Assembly (NCBI GenBank): GCA_963841015.1
Contig: CAWJAX010000002.1
Span: forward strand, 192,001 to 256,000
Origin: an uncultured Methanoregulaceae archaeon
GTDB lineage: Archaea; Halobacteriota; Methanomicrobia; Methanomicrobiales; Methanospirillaceae
Direction: 5' to 3'
DNA length: 64,000 nt
Shown here in pieces: positions 22,207 to 33,121 of this stretch. Made by a program: the position numbers and the translations under genes. Below the pieces are notes generated by a model. It was given only the letters and a program-made list of their open reading frames with translations. It did no database searches and was not told the origin of the DNA. Within the stretch, counting starts at the first letter, position 1. Every line of letters begins with the position of its first letter.

Positions 22207-22392
22207 TTATTTTTTTATCGCCATCTGCACCCGGTAAATGGTATCGGCTGTCAGTACCGGCATTTTGAGTTCAGTTTCTGAATATTCGATAAATTTTCTC
22301 ATGACTTCCCGCTCATTTGTTCCCGTGAGTTCAAAGGAATAATCCATGCCGAGATCTCGAGAGTTTAATGACACAATACCCAAACACATCAT
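22207..22392 (-). CDS. DUF1059-like paralog lacking Cys/His
   Basis: SRDLGMDYSFELTGTNERE..PVLTAD aligns to the 2177-2350 protein. Confidence 0.7.
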   Translation of the reverse strand: MMCLGIVSLNSRDLGMDYSFELTGTNEREVMRKFIEYSETELKMPVLTADTIYRVQMAIKK

Positions 22393-22722
22393 CTCTTTTT
22401 GGTGATCACAACCTTTTCCTGTAGTATAATAAACGCTGGCTAGGCATCGGTGCAAGGCATGAGGATTTTTTCCGATTCTGGTCCTCATTTTATCTGGTAT
22501 CCCCCCGATGTTTTCTGGTCTGAGGGAAGATCTGACTCATGCCATTCTCCCTAAAAAAAAGCAGCGGGATGGAATGGTTAACCATTGCTTTCTTTCTTAT
22601 TTTCACCCCATGCTCATACCCTTTAAAAGGCTGAACAGCCGGCTTATGATTAAACAGGAAGAGTAAGATTGTTCATTGCAGGGCAGCAAACCGCAAATCA
22701 GATCCGGCAGCCGTGGATACCT

Positions 22723-24534
22723 GTGGATAAACCTGATGAACTCCTGAAAAAATACTGGGGTTTTTCTTCTTTTTTACCGCACCAGAAAGAGATCATCGAT
22801 TCTGTCCTGGAATGTCATGATACCCTTGCAATCATGGCAACGGGTGGCGGAAAATCGCTCTGCTACCAGCTTCCCGCCCTGTGCTTTCATGGCCTGACGA
22901 TTGTCATATCCCCCTTGATCTCGCTCATGAAAGACCAGGTTGACGACCTGAATGCACGGGGGATACCTGCAGCTGCCTTCAACAGTTCACTGGAATACGG
23001 TGACCGGAAAAATCTTGAGGAAGACCTGAAAAATAACCGCATCAGGCTTTTGTTCCTCTCACCCGAGAAATGTATGCAGCCGGATTTCCTCATCTTCCTG
23101 AAAAAATCCCCGGTCTCCCTTTTTGCCATCGATGAGGCACACTGCATCTCAGAATGGGGTCACCATTTCAGGCCGGAATACCGGCAATTATCTGCCCTGA
23201 AAAAACACTTCCCGTCAGTTCCCCTTATTGCATTAACCGCCACTGCCATCCCCGCCGTGAGAAAAGACATCTCCCAACAACTTGGATTATCTGCTCCCCG
23301 CGAATGTATCGGCAGTTTCAACCGGAAAAACCTGCAGTACCGTGTTCTGCCGAAGAAAGATGCATTGAACACCCTCCTTACCTATATACGGCAGCACAAG
23401 GGTGATTCCGGTATTATTTATTGCCTCAGCAAAAAAGAAACAGAAGATCTGGCGGAACGACTCCGGAAAAGTGGTTTTCCGGCACAGGCCTATCATGCCG
23501 GACTTTCAAAAAAGGTCAGGGAAAACGTCCAGGATGAATTCATTCACGACAATGCAGCTGTTGTCTGCGCAACGGTTGCATTTGGCATGGGTATCGACAA
23601 ACCGGATGTCCGCTTCGTGATTCATTACGATATGCCAAAGAGTATAGAGTCCTATTTTCAGGAAACCGGACGAGCAGGACGAGATGGCGGTGAGAGCGAA
23701 TGCATTCTGTTCTACAGCAGGGGGGATGTGGGGAAAATCCGCTCTCTGCTGGAACGTGACGGATCCGATGAACGTTTCGTACGGCTCGCACTCCGCAAAC
23801 TGCAGGATATGTCGGAATATTGCGAATCTCCCTCATGCAGGCGGAAGTTTTTACTCACCTACTTTGGGGAAGAATACGCCGGGGAACCGTGCGGTTCGTG
23901 TGACAATTGCGATCAACCGCAGGAAATGATTGACGGTACAGATGTTGCAAAAAAAATTATCGCGTGCGTGCAGCAGCTGCCATCCCCCTATGGAGTCGCT
24001 CTCATAACCGAGGTCCTGACCGGTGCAAAAAGTTCCCGGGTCCGGAATTATCATTTTGACAACCTTCCCGCATACGCTAGCATGAAAGAATACAGCACAT
24101 CCCAGCTCAGGACATGGATTGGTGAGCTGATCCGGCAGGGATACCTGGCAAGGACGGGAGATAAATATCCGGTCATTCGCTTAACAAATAAAAGTCATGA
24201 TGCAGGACAGGGAAACACATTACTCAGACTCTCTCTTCCTGAACAGGGTACCATGAAAAAATCCCTGCCTCTCTTGCAGGGTGTCACTACAACCAGCGAA
24301 GAAAAATTATTTTTGCACTTAAAAACGCTGCGCAAATCCATTGCCGATCAGGCCGGTGTGCCGCCCTATATCATTTTTCCGGATAAGAGTCTAAGAGAGA
24401 TGGCACAGGCAAAACCCTGCGGGCTGCACAATTTCAGGCATATTCATGGGGTCGGGGAGATCAAAATGGAAAAATACGGGCTGGTTTTTATGTCAGCAAT
24501 CAAAACCTTTTGTGAAGAAAACGAACCAAAATAA
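22723..24534 (+). CDS. recQ: ATP-dependent DNA helicase RecQ
   Basis: TGGGKSLCYQLP, DEAHC, LTATA, QETGRAGRDG, Zn-binding CRR..CGSCDNC, RQC and HRDC domains. Confidence 0.97.
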   Translation: MDKPDELLKKYWGFSSFLPHQKEIIDSVLECHDTLAIMATGGGKSLCYQLPALCFHGLTIVISPLISLMKDQVDDLNARGIPAAAFNSSLEYGDRKNLEEDLKNNRIRLLFLSPEKCMQPDFLIFLKKSPVSLFAIDEAHCISEWGHHFRPEYRQLSALKKHFPSVPLIALTATAIPAVRKDISQQLGLSAPRECIGSFNRKNLQYRVLPKKDALNTLLTYIRQHKGDSGIIYCLSKKETEDLAERLRKSGFPAQAYHAGLSKKVRENVQDEFIHDNAAVVCATVAFGMGIDKPDVRFVIHYDMPKSIESYFQETGRAGRDGGESECILFYSRGDVGKIRSLLERDGSDERFVRLALRKLQDMSEYCESPSCRRKFLLTYFGEEYAGEPCGSCDNCDQPQEMIDGTDVAKKIIACVQQLPSPYGVALITEVLTGAKSSRVRNYHFDNLPAYASMKEYSTSQLRTWIGELIRQGYLARTGDKYPVIRLTNKSHDAGQGNTLLRLSLPEQGTMKKSLPLLQGVTTTSEEKLFLHLKTLRKSIADQAGVPPYIIFPDKSLREMAQAKPCGLHNFRHIHGVGEIKMEKYGLVFMSAIKTFCEENEPK

Positions 24535-24845
24535 AACAACCCGGGGGAACAGGAAAGAAGCGACGCTGACCGGCTCTTTGGGCAGGACCTGACACGACAG
24601 ATTTCCCGCATAACCGTTCACCAGTATTTCCGGGTTGATGCAAATTTTGCAACTACCGGGCAGACGGATATACTTCCACGTCCTATAGACCTTATCTAAA
24701 CCAGCGACAATAATTTGTGAGTATCATGACCGTTACTTTACAAAAATCACCGCGGGATAAGGAGTGGATACCACAGTGACTGACAAAGGAAAAGACAAAG
24801 CCGCAAAAGACTGAATATACTGAAGCAAATGTCACCGCACAGACC

Positions 24846-25145
24846 ATGACCCAAGATCCCGGCGTGAAAGCACAGCATGGTTCGGGTGGTACAAAGGTCG
24901 TCCCCCACAACCGGGAGAGCATTGTTACCACATCAATCCGCCAGGAGAAACTGACCTGCCCCCGGTGCGGTGAATCAACCATCCACGCAGAATTCCCTGA
25001 CCAGTTTGAAGCCTGGATTAAATGTTCGTCCTGCGATTTTTTTATGGGAATGAGCAATGATGACTGGCACCGTATGGAAAACAGTCCCAATATCAATGAG
25101 AAAATCAAAAAAATGGCGTTTAAAAAAGACCTCATCAAAGAGTAG
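24846..25145 (+). CDS. Zinc-ribbon hypothetical protein
   Basis: CPRCG...CSSCDF. Confidence 0.65.
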   Translation: MTQDPGVKAQHGSGGTKVVPHNRESIVTTSIRQEKLTCPRCGESTIHAEFPDQFEAWIKCSSCDFFMGMSNDDWHRMENSPNINEKIKKMAFKKDLIKE

Positions 25146-25253
25146 CCAGGGAATATTTTCGGATGAAAGATATTTTAAAGAACAGTCCGGTTCTGCACAC
25201 AAGGTTCTGCAGAATACATGACCGGGAAATTTTTTAAAAAATACGGTTATTGG

Positions 25254-25521
25254 GGCTCTGTAGAAACGCACATGAGTCACGGACTCAGGCAAACATGATG
25301 AATAACCGTGGGTTTTTCCTGGTAATTCCTTTTCCCTTGATATGAAATTCAAGATGCTGGTACGAATGAAGGAGGGGACAGTGCCTGTCCCGCCATGCCG
25401 CCCCTGCGCTGAGCGATGATGACGCAGCACCTGTTCGGGAGGTATCGCATCGGCGGAGCCACAGCGGCGGGGGTGAAACCCCCTTGAGCGTTTAGCTTGG
25501 AATTGAATATTTCTACAGATC
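25254..25521 (-). mobile_element. MITE-like element copy B (with ~60-bp extra segment)
   Basis: GGCTCTGTAGAAA...TTTCTACAGATC termini; core is the near-identical reverse complement of 31693-31899. Confidence 0.8.
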
Positions 25522-25593
25522 AGTTATTTGCTATTTTTGATTTCAGGGTATTTTTTGAACGTTTTGATTGATTCCCCGTTGTGAGCACCGCTC

Positions 25594-25926
25594 CTACAAG
25601 GGACCGGTGAGCGTTGGCAGGATCCATCCGACAATGGATGCCACAACCCATATGACAACAGCAATGAGCAGGGATTTGATCCAGCCGATTGAGTAGAGCA
25701 TCTGTAATGCCAGCAGCCATACGATTCCCGCTATGAAAGCGGCGAGCAATCCCTGGCCCAGCCAGGAGTAAATGATAGTGTAGGCGATTGTTCCAATAAG
25801 GGCAGCGATAAGTGCCGTCGTTATCCCTTCGCTTTCACCAAAAAACTTTACAATGACATAAATTATGAGCGTTGAAATAATCAGTGCGATAGCAAATATC
25901 AACAGCGTACCAACAAGTGAGGCCAT
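25594..25926 (-). CDS. Small 4-TM membrane protein
   Basis: 110 aa, highly hydrophobic. Confidence 0.8.
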   Translation of the reverse strand: MASLVGTLLIFAIALIISTLIIYVIVKFFGESEGITTALIAALIGTIAYTIIYSWLGQGLLAAFIAGIVWLLALQMLYSIGWIKSLLIAVVIWVVASIVGWILPTLTGPL

Positions 25927-26236
25927 GGTGCATCTCTTTTCCCTATCTCTTTAAAAAGAGATCCCTATGTTACAAAATCTGAAATATGTCCCTGGATGGC
26001 AAATACGTTGGTTTTCCCTGGTGCGGACAGGGATGCTCATGAATGTAATTTTTTCCCTTCAGGTTTTTTCATGCAGAGTCAGCACAGGATTAAAACTCTC
26101 ACCCAGGTGAGTAATCTTTTCCTGACTAAAAAATAAGGAACAGGGACAATCGTATCTATCAGGTAATAAAAAAGTGCATTTCCCGAATGAATCATTCTTC
26201 CGGTTACCTTGAATCATTCTCTCATTGCAGTCAGGA

Positions 26237-26453
26237 AAACCGTTTCAATCGTCCTCTTCATCCTCAAGGGTGGGCCAGATATACTCATCATTGGCAGTAT
26301 AGGACAGACTCGTCATCATCATCTCTTGGGTAACGGCGGGGATCCAGATCCAGCTCGGGTTCCCCCCGCTCGTCCTTGCTTCCCCGGACACCATGGCTCA
26401 TGGAGCTTTCTCCGCCCCGGTGTCCCCGGCTCCGTTCTCCTCGCACCATCTGT
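26237..26453 (-). CDS. Small acidic hypothetical protein (probable frameshift near 26305)
   Basis: MVRGERSRG..YPRDDDDE, then in a shifted frame YTANDEYIWPTLEDEEDD*. Confidence 0.4.
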
Positions 26454-26640
26454 CTCACCTCAATCCCCCATGTATTCTCAAAAACAAATTTCATTGTTTA
26501 TCAGGTTAAATATTTTTTGGATCTGCTGTGAAAAGGTTGTGAGCAGGTACAAAGATCTTTCGTGAACTACCCATAATCATGAAATGGTGAGGGGAGAAAG
26601 AATCTCTTCACGGAATGCAATCTTCCCCGGGTGACCGATC

Positions 26641-26934
26641 CTGTTAACCAGCCATACCCTCCTGCAGCAGTACTGGCACGATGACCGCTACGATATTGGC
26701 AAAGTCCGGGTCTGGTACCGTGACCAGGGCGCAGAAAACAACTGGTCTGTCGTGTGCGGTTCCGATATCAGCCTGGAACCGTACTACCTGAATATCCGGA
26801 CACCTGATGGTGAGAAACCCATTCCGTATCACCGGATACTGCTCATCACGTATGACGGGGAGATAACATTCGAGAACCGGAAGATACGGGGGCTGGCATA
26901 CCAGCTCATCGAGGAGAGTCAGCACCGGATATAG
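26641..26934 (+). CDS. DUF504/MJ1316-like RNA-repair-domain protein
   Basis: LTSHTLL..YWHDDRYD..VWYRD.GA...IPYHRI; frame opens at CTG 26641 behind GGTGA. Confidence 0.7.
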   Translation: MLTSHTLLQQYWHDDRYDIGKVRVWYRDQGAENNWSVVCGSDISLEPYYLNIRTPDGEKPIPYHRILLITYDGEITFENRKIRGLAYQLIEESQHRI

Positions 26935-27148
26935 CCGATCAGGGGACCGGAGAGGATGAATCAGGCGCAGTGTCCTTTTTTACGCCAAGGAAAAGATACT
27001 TCCCCTCAACTGTGCAGTTGGCAGGAGTATCACAGGTGCAACAAAGCTGCAGATCCTCGAACGGATGTTTGTCCCAAAAAAACAGGAACAAATAAAAAGA
27101 AGGACAGTATTACCCCCGCATCTCGTAGTATTTTATTATCGTGCACAG

Positions 27149-27593
27149 TTACGGCACAAACCGTATACCGGGATAGACAGCGCCCCGGAAACCGATTCTC
27201 AGCAACCGCCAGGCCGAACTTTTCCGTAATAACACTGCGGAATTCATTTTCACGGATAAGTTTAGGGAATCCTCGTATCTGTCGGCGGAAGGTGCGGACC
27301 CATTCACTCCAGAGCAGCATGCACTGGACATCATAGATCCCGTTCAGCTGCACATGGCGCGCCAGGAATTCGTCCAGGACCCTGAGTTCGTGGATCTCTT
27401 CCTGGTCGATATCGATTCCCGTTAACCGGAACTGTTCGCCAAACCGGTTCAGCATCTCGAGGTTTGTCTCGTCTATGACGGCTGGGGAAAGGCTGTTTAC
27501 GGCACTCACGGGGCTGCTCCCGGTCAGGGAGATTTGTTTTGGCTGGGGGGTCCTGAATGCGATACAGGATCCCTGGCTTTGCGTAGCGGACAT
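27149..27593 (-). CDS. Hypothetical protein resembling a primase C-terminal winged helix (frameshift near 27185)
   Basis: LDEFL..V..LLWSEW..F..EFRSVI..KFG..RGAVYPGIRFV. Confidence 0.55.
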
Positions 27594-27850
27594 CAGAGAA
27601 TCACCAGTAGAGCATGTGAAGAGGGGGTTTATAGGTAGTTACCTGAATTCCAAAATTTGAAACATACATTGAAAACAACACCGGGGAGGTAACTCTGATC
27701 AGAGAAAACGGGTACCCGGGCAAGGTTTTTCTCCGTGAGCAGCGGGGGAGAATAACGACAATCAGCAAAGAAAACCCCTTCCAGGGAAACGTGCAGCAAA
27801 GAGTATAACACGACCCCGGGAAGAATACTTCCTAAAAGGATGGGCAGGAA

Positions 27851-28669
27851 ATGACAACCCTTTTGGTTGACCAGGCACTCTGCACACGGTGCGGTATTTG
27901 TCCGATTGTATGTCCGATGAAAATAATTGGTCCTGTTGACGAGAAAACACTCCCTTGTGTCCCTGAAGCAAAAGCCGTGATGTGCATCCGCTGTGGTCAT
28001 TGTGAGGTGTCCTGCCCCTCACAGGCCATTATCCTCAACTTCCTGCCGGAGGAAAAGGTTCACCTTGCGGCTGGTGCAGGATCCCTCTCTCCGGCTGACC
28101 TCAGCCTGTACCTGAAGAAGCGCAGGTCGGTCCGGCATTTCACTCCTGAACCTGTTGATAAGGATACCATACGGCAGATTCTTGATGTTTCCCGGTACGC
28201 AGCATCCGGGAGCAACGGACAACCGGTCCAATGGCTGGTTGTGCATGATCCTGAGGAAGTCCAGAAGCTCGCCGGGCTGACGATCGGGTGGATGAAAACA
28301 CTCCTGAACAGCGACCATCCCCTGAGCGGGTATGTCCCATCACTTATTGCGGCATGGGATCGTGGCTTTGATCCGGTCTGCAGGGGTGCTCCGCATCTTG
28401 TGATTGCCCATATCCCGGAGGGCAACCCGGTCGCATCCATCGATGCCATCATCGCCCTGACCCATTTCGATGTCACCGCACCGGCCTATGGTGTCGGAAC
28501 CTGCTGGGCGGGTTTCCTCTCGATGGCTGCCACTGCTTATGAACCCCTGCAAAAAGTCCTCGCCCTCCCATCAGGAAGGAAGTACTCCTATGCCCTGATG
28601 TTTGGCTACCCCCGGTATAAAACCTACGGGATCCCCCGGCGTAACCCGCTTGAGATCACGTGGCGGTAG
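27851..28669 (+). CDS. Nitroreductase with N-terminal 2x[4Fe-4S] domain
   Basis: CTRCGICPIVCP, CIRCGHCEVSCP, RRSVRHF, ASGSNGQP, GVGTCW. Confidence 0.93.
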   Translation: MTTLLVDQALCTRCGICPIVCPMKIIGPVDEKTLPCVPEAKAVMCIRCGHCEVSCPSQAIILNFLPEEKVHLAAGAGSLSPADLSLYLKKRRSVRHFTPEPVDKDTIRQILDVSRYAASGSNGQPVQWLVVHDPEEVQKLAGLTIGWMKTLLNSDHPLSGYVPSLIAAWDRGFDPVCRGAPHLVIAHIPEGNPVASIDAIIALTHFDVTAPAYGVGTCWAGFLSMAATAYEPLQKVLALPSGRKYSYALMFGYPRYKTYGIPRRNPLEITWR

Positions 28670-29357
28670 TGGCAGGACATGAAGCGGAGTTCCATCGAAT
28701 ATTGTACGATTGTCACGGTTCGGGAGTGAACCCCCTGGATTCATGTCTGGTTCAACAGGCCCCCTTTTCGAATAACGCACTTTTAATCAAATAGTTTCTC
28801 AATAAAAGCGCATTGAATATGATTCTATCTATAAATAAGTATATATATATGCACTAACTATTACTCTTTATCGGGGGTATATACAGAGAGGTACCAGGAG
28901 GATCTCCCGCGATGGAGTATAAACCGGGTCCTTCTTTGAAGCCTTGGGGAAATGAAAAAAAATCTGCGATGAGTCTTACGCCCACGAAAAGAGCATAGGG
29001 AATTCATGGCGTGAGAGGAGCAGAATCATCTGGTCTGTCCGCCGGGGTATTTCATCACCTCTTACCCCGGAATCTCCAATGTCTTTGGGCCATAAATACC
29101 ACTCGCCTCGTGTAATAAATACGGGTATAAGGTATACCTGTCTTTACCTTATACCCGGAAAAATTCTTCCTGATTGTACGCAGCGTTGCTATTCGTAGGG
29201 AAACGTGGAGCGGATTTTCCGGCTTTCTCCCCCTGGTGCGGTCCGGCATTCAATAGCACAGTCACTTTAACCCCGATCGGGGTGCCTGACAGTAATAATG
29301 CAGCCCGACAATTCCCTGATTGCCCCTTCCCCCTAAACAAAAGACTGACAGGGAAAC

Positions 29358-29564
29358 GGTTCTCTAGAATTCCTGTTCTTTTTAAGAGGAAATTCAAAGC
29401 AGGGGTATGATGATTGAGGTGACCGTGCCTGTCCTCCATACCACCCCTGCGCTGAGCGATGATGACGAAGTACCTGTTTGGATTTTATCGCACCAGGGGA
29501 GCCATAGTGGCGGGGGAGAAACGACCCTGAGCGTTTCGGTAGTAATGAAGTATTTTTCAGAGCC
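29358..29564 (-). mobile_element. MITE-like element copy C (diverged)
   Basis: GGTTCTCTAGAATTCC...TTTTTCAGAGCC; core CCCCTGCGCTGAGCGATGATGACG shared with copy B. Confidence 0.75.
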
Positions 29565-29648
29565 TGAGAAAGGTCTCCGGCTATTACCTTATCACCTTGC
29601 TTTATTACCGTACACGTCCCCGGAGAATATACTCTGGGAGGAAAACAC

Positions 29649-30512
29649 ATGATACTCGATGCACGGGTGAGACCCCCGTTTAAAAGTCTCAAAGAGGTAC
29701 TTGCACCTGCACCAGGAGCCCGGCCATCGGTCAAACGCAGTCCCCTGGTGAGCGGATACGAACGCCCGCAGTCCATGGTCCGGAAATCGGTGGAGCTGTT
29801 CTTCCAGGAAATGGATGAAGCCCGTGTGGACAAAGGCATACTGGTGGGCAGGCAGGCGGGGCACCGGTTTGTCTCCAATGATGACATCGCGGAACTCCGT
29901 GACCAGTATCCCGGCCGGTTTCCCCTTTCGATTGCGGGCATAAACGGGATAGATGTACCAGCTGCCATCCGTGAGGTTGAACGCACCATTACAGGAATGG
30001 GATTTAATGGCATTGCCGTTGACCCCGGCTGGTGGGTCCCCGCGATGTATGTCGATGATCCCCGCATTTACCCGATCTATGCAAAATGTGCAGAACTTGG
30101 GGGAGTGCTCTACCTTACCTGCAGCCTGATGCAGGGACCGGATATATCGTTTGCTGAACCGTGGCGCATTCAGCGCGTGGCAAATGAGTTTCCTGACCTG
30201 CAGATTGTGGTTGTGCACGGGGCGTTTCCCTACACCAGCGAAATGATCGGTGTCATGATAGCCAATGCACCGTTAGGAAACCTGTGGGTACTACCGGATT
30301 TCTTCCAGTTTATCCCTGGTTTTCCGGGAGCCCAGGACTGGGTAGAGGCTGCCAACCACTACCTTGGGGACAGGATCCTCTATGCCTCATCCTACCCGGT
30401 ACGACCCCTTAACCAGAGTATTGACGAATTCAGACGGTTTTCGTACAAACCCGATGTGCTGGAGAACCTCCTTGCAAAAAATGCAGCGAACCTGTTCGGG
30501 ATAAAACTCTGA
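29649..30512 (+). CDS. Amidohydrolase-2 family protein
   Basis: MILDAR, IYPIYAKCAELG, VVVHG, ILYASSYP. Confidence 0.85.
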   Translation: MILDARVRPPFKSLKEVLAPAPGARPSVKRSPLVSGYERPQSMVRKSVELFFQEMDEARVDKGILVGRQAGHRFVSNDDIAELRDQYPGRFPLSIAGINGIDVPAAIREVERTITGMGFNGIAVDPGWWVPAMYVDDPRIYPIYAKCAELGGVLYLTCSLMQGPDISFAEPWRIQRVANEFPDLQIVVVHGAFPYTSEMIGVMIANAPLGNLWVLPDFFQFIPGFPGAQDWVEAANHYLGDRILYASSYPVRPLNQSIDEFRRFSYKPDVLENLLAKNAANLFGIKL

Positions 30513-30661
30513 TGTTTGCAGGTTGGTAAAAAAGAAAAAAATCAACGGATCACCGATGGGTCGTTGGAGCGGGTGTCCAGCGACGATCAAAGGGAACCGG
30601 GAAACGATGGTGAATTCAAAAAGGTATCAATAAAACCTATCACACAAAGAGAAGAGATAAA

Positions 30662-31654
30662 ATGACCCGCATGAATGCAGAAATCAAGGCGGAATTACTG
30701 GCCCTGGGAAAAGTCGATGTCGAGCCGGCATTGTTACCACGACCTTCCCGATCTACAGCGGGTCCCGGTACAGGACTTCGCTCCATTTTCTTTAAATCCG
30801 GGGGTCACCGGGTCAGGATGGAGATCGATCCAGGATCCCCCTTAAAGATGGTAGAGCAAAACGGGGATGTCGTTATCCTGAAAGACAACAGGGAACTGGT
30901 GCGGGGAATAATTGACCCGGTCGTAGCCCACTGTCCCGAACAGACCTATATCACGATCAGTGAACAGTGCAGGTATGACTGCAAGTTCTGTTCTGTCCCC
31001 AAGTTCCAGGGAAAGATCAAGACCCTTGAGGAGGTCCTTGCAATCGTTGAAAAGGTGAAAAAAGAAGGGAATTTAAAGACGATTGCCTTCACCTCGGGGG
31101 TCGCTACTACACCGGAAAACGAGATCGACCGGGTCGTGGAATATGTGCAGGCTGTCCGGCACTACAACGTCCCGATCGGTGTTGCGGTCTACCCGACAAA
31201 GGACTCGTCACAGCGGCTCAAAGATGCAGGGGTGACAGAAGTAAAATACAATGTGGAGACCATGGACAAGGAGATCTTTGAGCGGGTCTGTTCCGGGAGA
31301 AAAGGCCACTCCCTCGATTTTATCCTGGATTCGTTACGGGATGCTGTAAAAGTATTCGGCAGGAACCGGGTCTCTTCAAACATTATCATCGGGCTTGGGG
31401 AGACCGATGAATGCGTCAGAAAAGGTGTTGAATACCTCGCAAAGATGGAAGTCATTGCCGTTCTCCGCCCGATAACCATTTCTCCCTACCGTAAAGGGGA
31501 AATTCTGGCAACCCGGCCAAGCGCTGAAAGGTTGCTGAAGCTCACGAAAATGACGCGTGATATCCTGAAAAAATATGACCTGCACGTCGAAGTTTCCCGG
31601 ACCATGTGTCTTCCCTGTACCGGCTGTGACCTTACACCGGGCCGTGATGTGTGA
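30662..31654 (+). CDS. Radical SAM protein (biotin-synthase-related, COG2516-like)
   Basis: CRYDCKFC, IIIGLGET, C-terminal CLPCTGCD. Confidence 0.9.
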   Translation: MTRMNAEIKAELLALGKVDVEPALLPRPSRSTAGPGTGLRSIFFKSGGHRVRMEIDPGSPLKMVEQNGDVVILKDNRELVRGIIDPVVAHCPEQTYITISEQCRYDCKFCSVPKFQGKIKTLEEVLAIVEKVKKEGNLKTIAFTSGVATTPENEIDRVVEYVQAVRHYNVPIGVAVYPTKDSSQRLKDAGVTEVKYNVETMDKEIFERVCSGRKGHSLDFILDSLRDAVKVFGRNRVSSNIIIGLGETDECVRKGVEYLAKMEVIAVLRPITISPYRKGEILATRPSAERLLKLTKMTRDILKKYDLHVEVSRTMCLPCTGCDLTPGRDV

Positions 31655-31692
31655 GAGGGGTTATGGGAGTGGGTAGTTTTTCCTTTTTTTTT

Positions 31693-31899
31693 GCTCTGTA
31701 GAAATGTTCAATTACAAGCTAAACGCTCAAGGGGGTTTCACCCCCGCCGCTGTGGCTCCCCCAACGCGATAACTCCCGAACAGGTGCTACGTTATCATCG
31801 CTCAGCGCAGGGGCGGCATGGGGGGACAGGCACTGTCCCCTCCTCCATTCATACCAGCATCTTGAATTTCATATCAATGGAAAAGGAATTCTACAGAGC
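31693..31899 (+). mobile_element. MITE-like element copy A
   Basis: TIR GCTCTGTAGAA / TTCTACAGAGC; C+T-run on both flanks; internal hairpins GGGGGTTTCACCCCC and GGGGACAGGCACTGTCCCC. Confidence 0.85.
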
Positions 31900-32024
31900 C
31901 CTTTTTTTAAAAAGGAATACGAACGGTGTGACAATACTCTTTTGTTCCAACCGGAGTCTGTCTTATCCCCTGTTCATTGTATGCATTGGTTCAGGTGAGG
32001 TAGCGCTTTGGCGGGTGAGCATGT

Positions 32025-32438
32025 TCAGGATCTTTTGATCTTCTTTAAGGTAATATCAAGAATCCTGTTATGCACGGTAAACCAGCTGCGGGTTATTTCA
32101 ACAGGTGTATGCAGGACGATGACAGCTACACGTTCGTCAATAAAGACATGAAGTGCATCCTGCATTATTTCGACATGCGGTGTGCTTACGAGACCCGATG
32201 GCAGCCTTGCGGTAATGAAGATACACTCCTCAGATTCTATCGTTTCAAAGGGCAACCTGCGGCTATCATCCTCGCCGGTCAGCCGGAAGGCAACCGGTGG
32301 TATAACCGGACCCTGGGTAACAGAAAAACCCATGACCCGTACGTGCTGGTGTCCAGGAAGGTTCCTGATAATCTCTGAAAGAATCTCTGTGAGAGCGGGA
32401 CCAATATCACCCTGGGGATTGTCCTGCTTTTTTATCAC
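32025..32438 (-). CDS. Hsp20/CS-like hypothetical protein
   Basis: IFITARLP..HNRILDITLKK resembles the alpha-crystallin-like tail. Confidence 0.6.
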   Translation of the reverse strand: MIKKQDNPQGDIGPALTEILSEIIRNLPGHQHVRVMGFSVTQGPVIPPVAFRLTGEDDSRRLPFETIESEECIFITARLPSGLVSTPHVEIMQDALHVFIDERVAVIVLHTPVEITRSWFTVHNRILDITLKKIKRS

Positions 32439-32638
32439 GACTACTCCTCCATCCCGGATCTGACGATAGTCTGCTTTGAATGATAAATCTTTGTATGCAG
32501 GGGTCTGCCAGCAATTTTCGGGAAATTTCTGTCACTGCTGCTGATCTTCACCTTGGCTGTCCGGCCAGAACCGCTTCATATTGCTGGAGATGGCGCTTTT
32601 TCCATATGTTTAATAATTTTGTGTACAAATCCGTGATA

Positions 32639-33096
32639 ATGGATACCCGGCCTGCGCTGATTGCTCTCATCCTCATTATCTGCGTACTTTCTGCCGGTTG
32701 TACTTCACTTTTTCCCACACGTTCTTCTAAAGGACCGTCTGAGCTGACCGGGCCATCCTGGCGTCTGGTCTCCTATTATGGCGGCAACCAGACGGTAGTG
32801 TCAGTTGGTCCCCGGATAAATCTCACCCTGAAATTCAGTGAGGAGGGAACTGTCAGCGGATACATGGATGGGTGCAGGAGCTTTTCCGGCCACTATACAA
32901 CCCTGGGAGAGACGATCTCGGTCACCAACTTCACCGGGGTTGAAGGGAATACCTGCCCCTGGACTCCGGATACCGATGAGGTAAAAACCACCAGTATCAC
33001 CCTGCTGCAAAAGTCCCCCGGTTCAATATCAATGAGGGCACGCTGGTCTTTGGGTATTTTGATGCCCAGCGATTCCTCCTATTCCAGAGAACCTGA
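32639..33096 (+). CDS. META (HslJ-like) domain lipoprotein (frameshift near 33018)
   Basis: Lipobox LSAGC, LTGPSWRLVS, TLKF..G.VSG..GC. Confidence 0.75.
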
Positions 33097-33121
33097 TCAG
33101 CATACGAACTCTGCGATGCCC

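Noticed and set aside
28908-28990. GCGATGGAGT..TAAACCG resembling a fluoride riboswitch
   Set aside because: The complementary P1 strand and the GCTGATGACTCC 3' part are missing, and no fluoride-related gene follows
31691-32038. ORFs sharing the peptide LR(Y/H)HRSAQG (also 24975-25430 and 29333-30067)
   Set aside because: The similarity comes from reading through the non-coding repeat. Starts and ends are not conserved, so this is not a protein family
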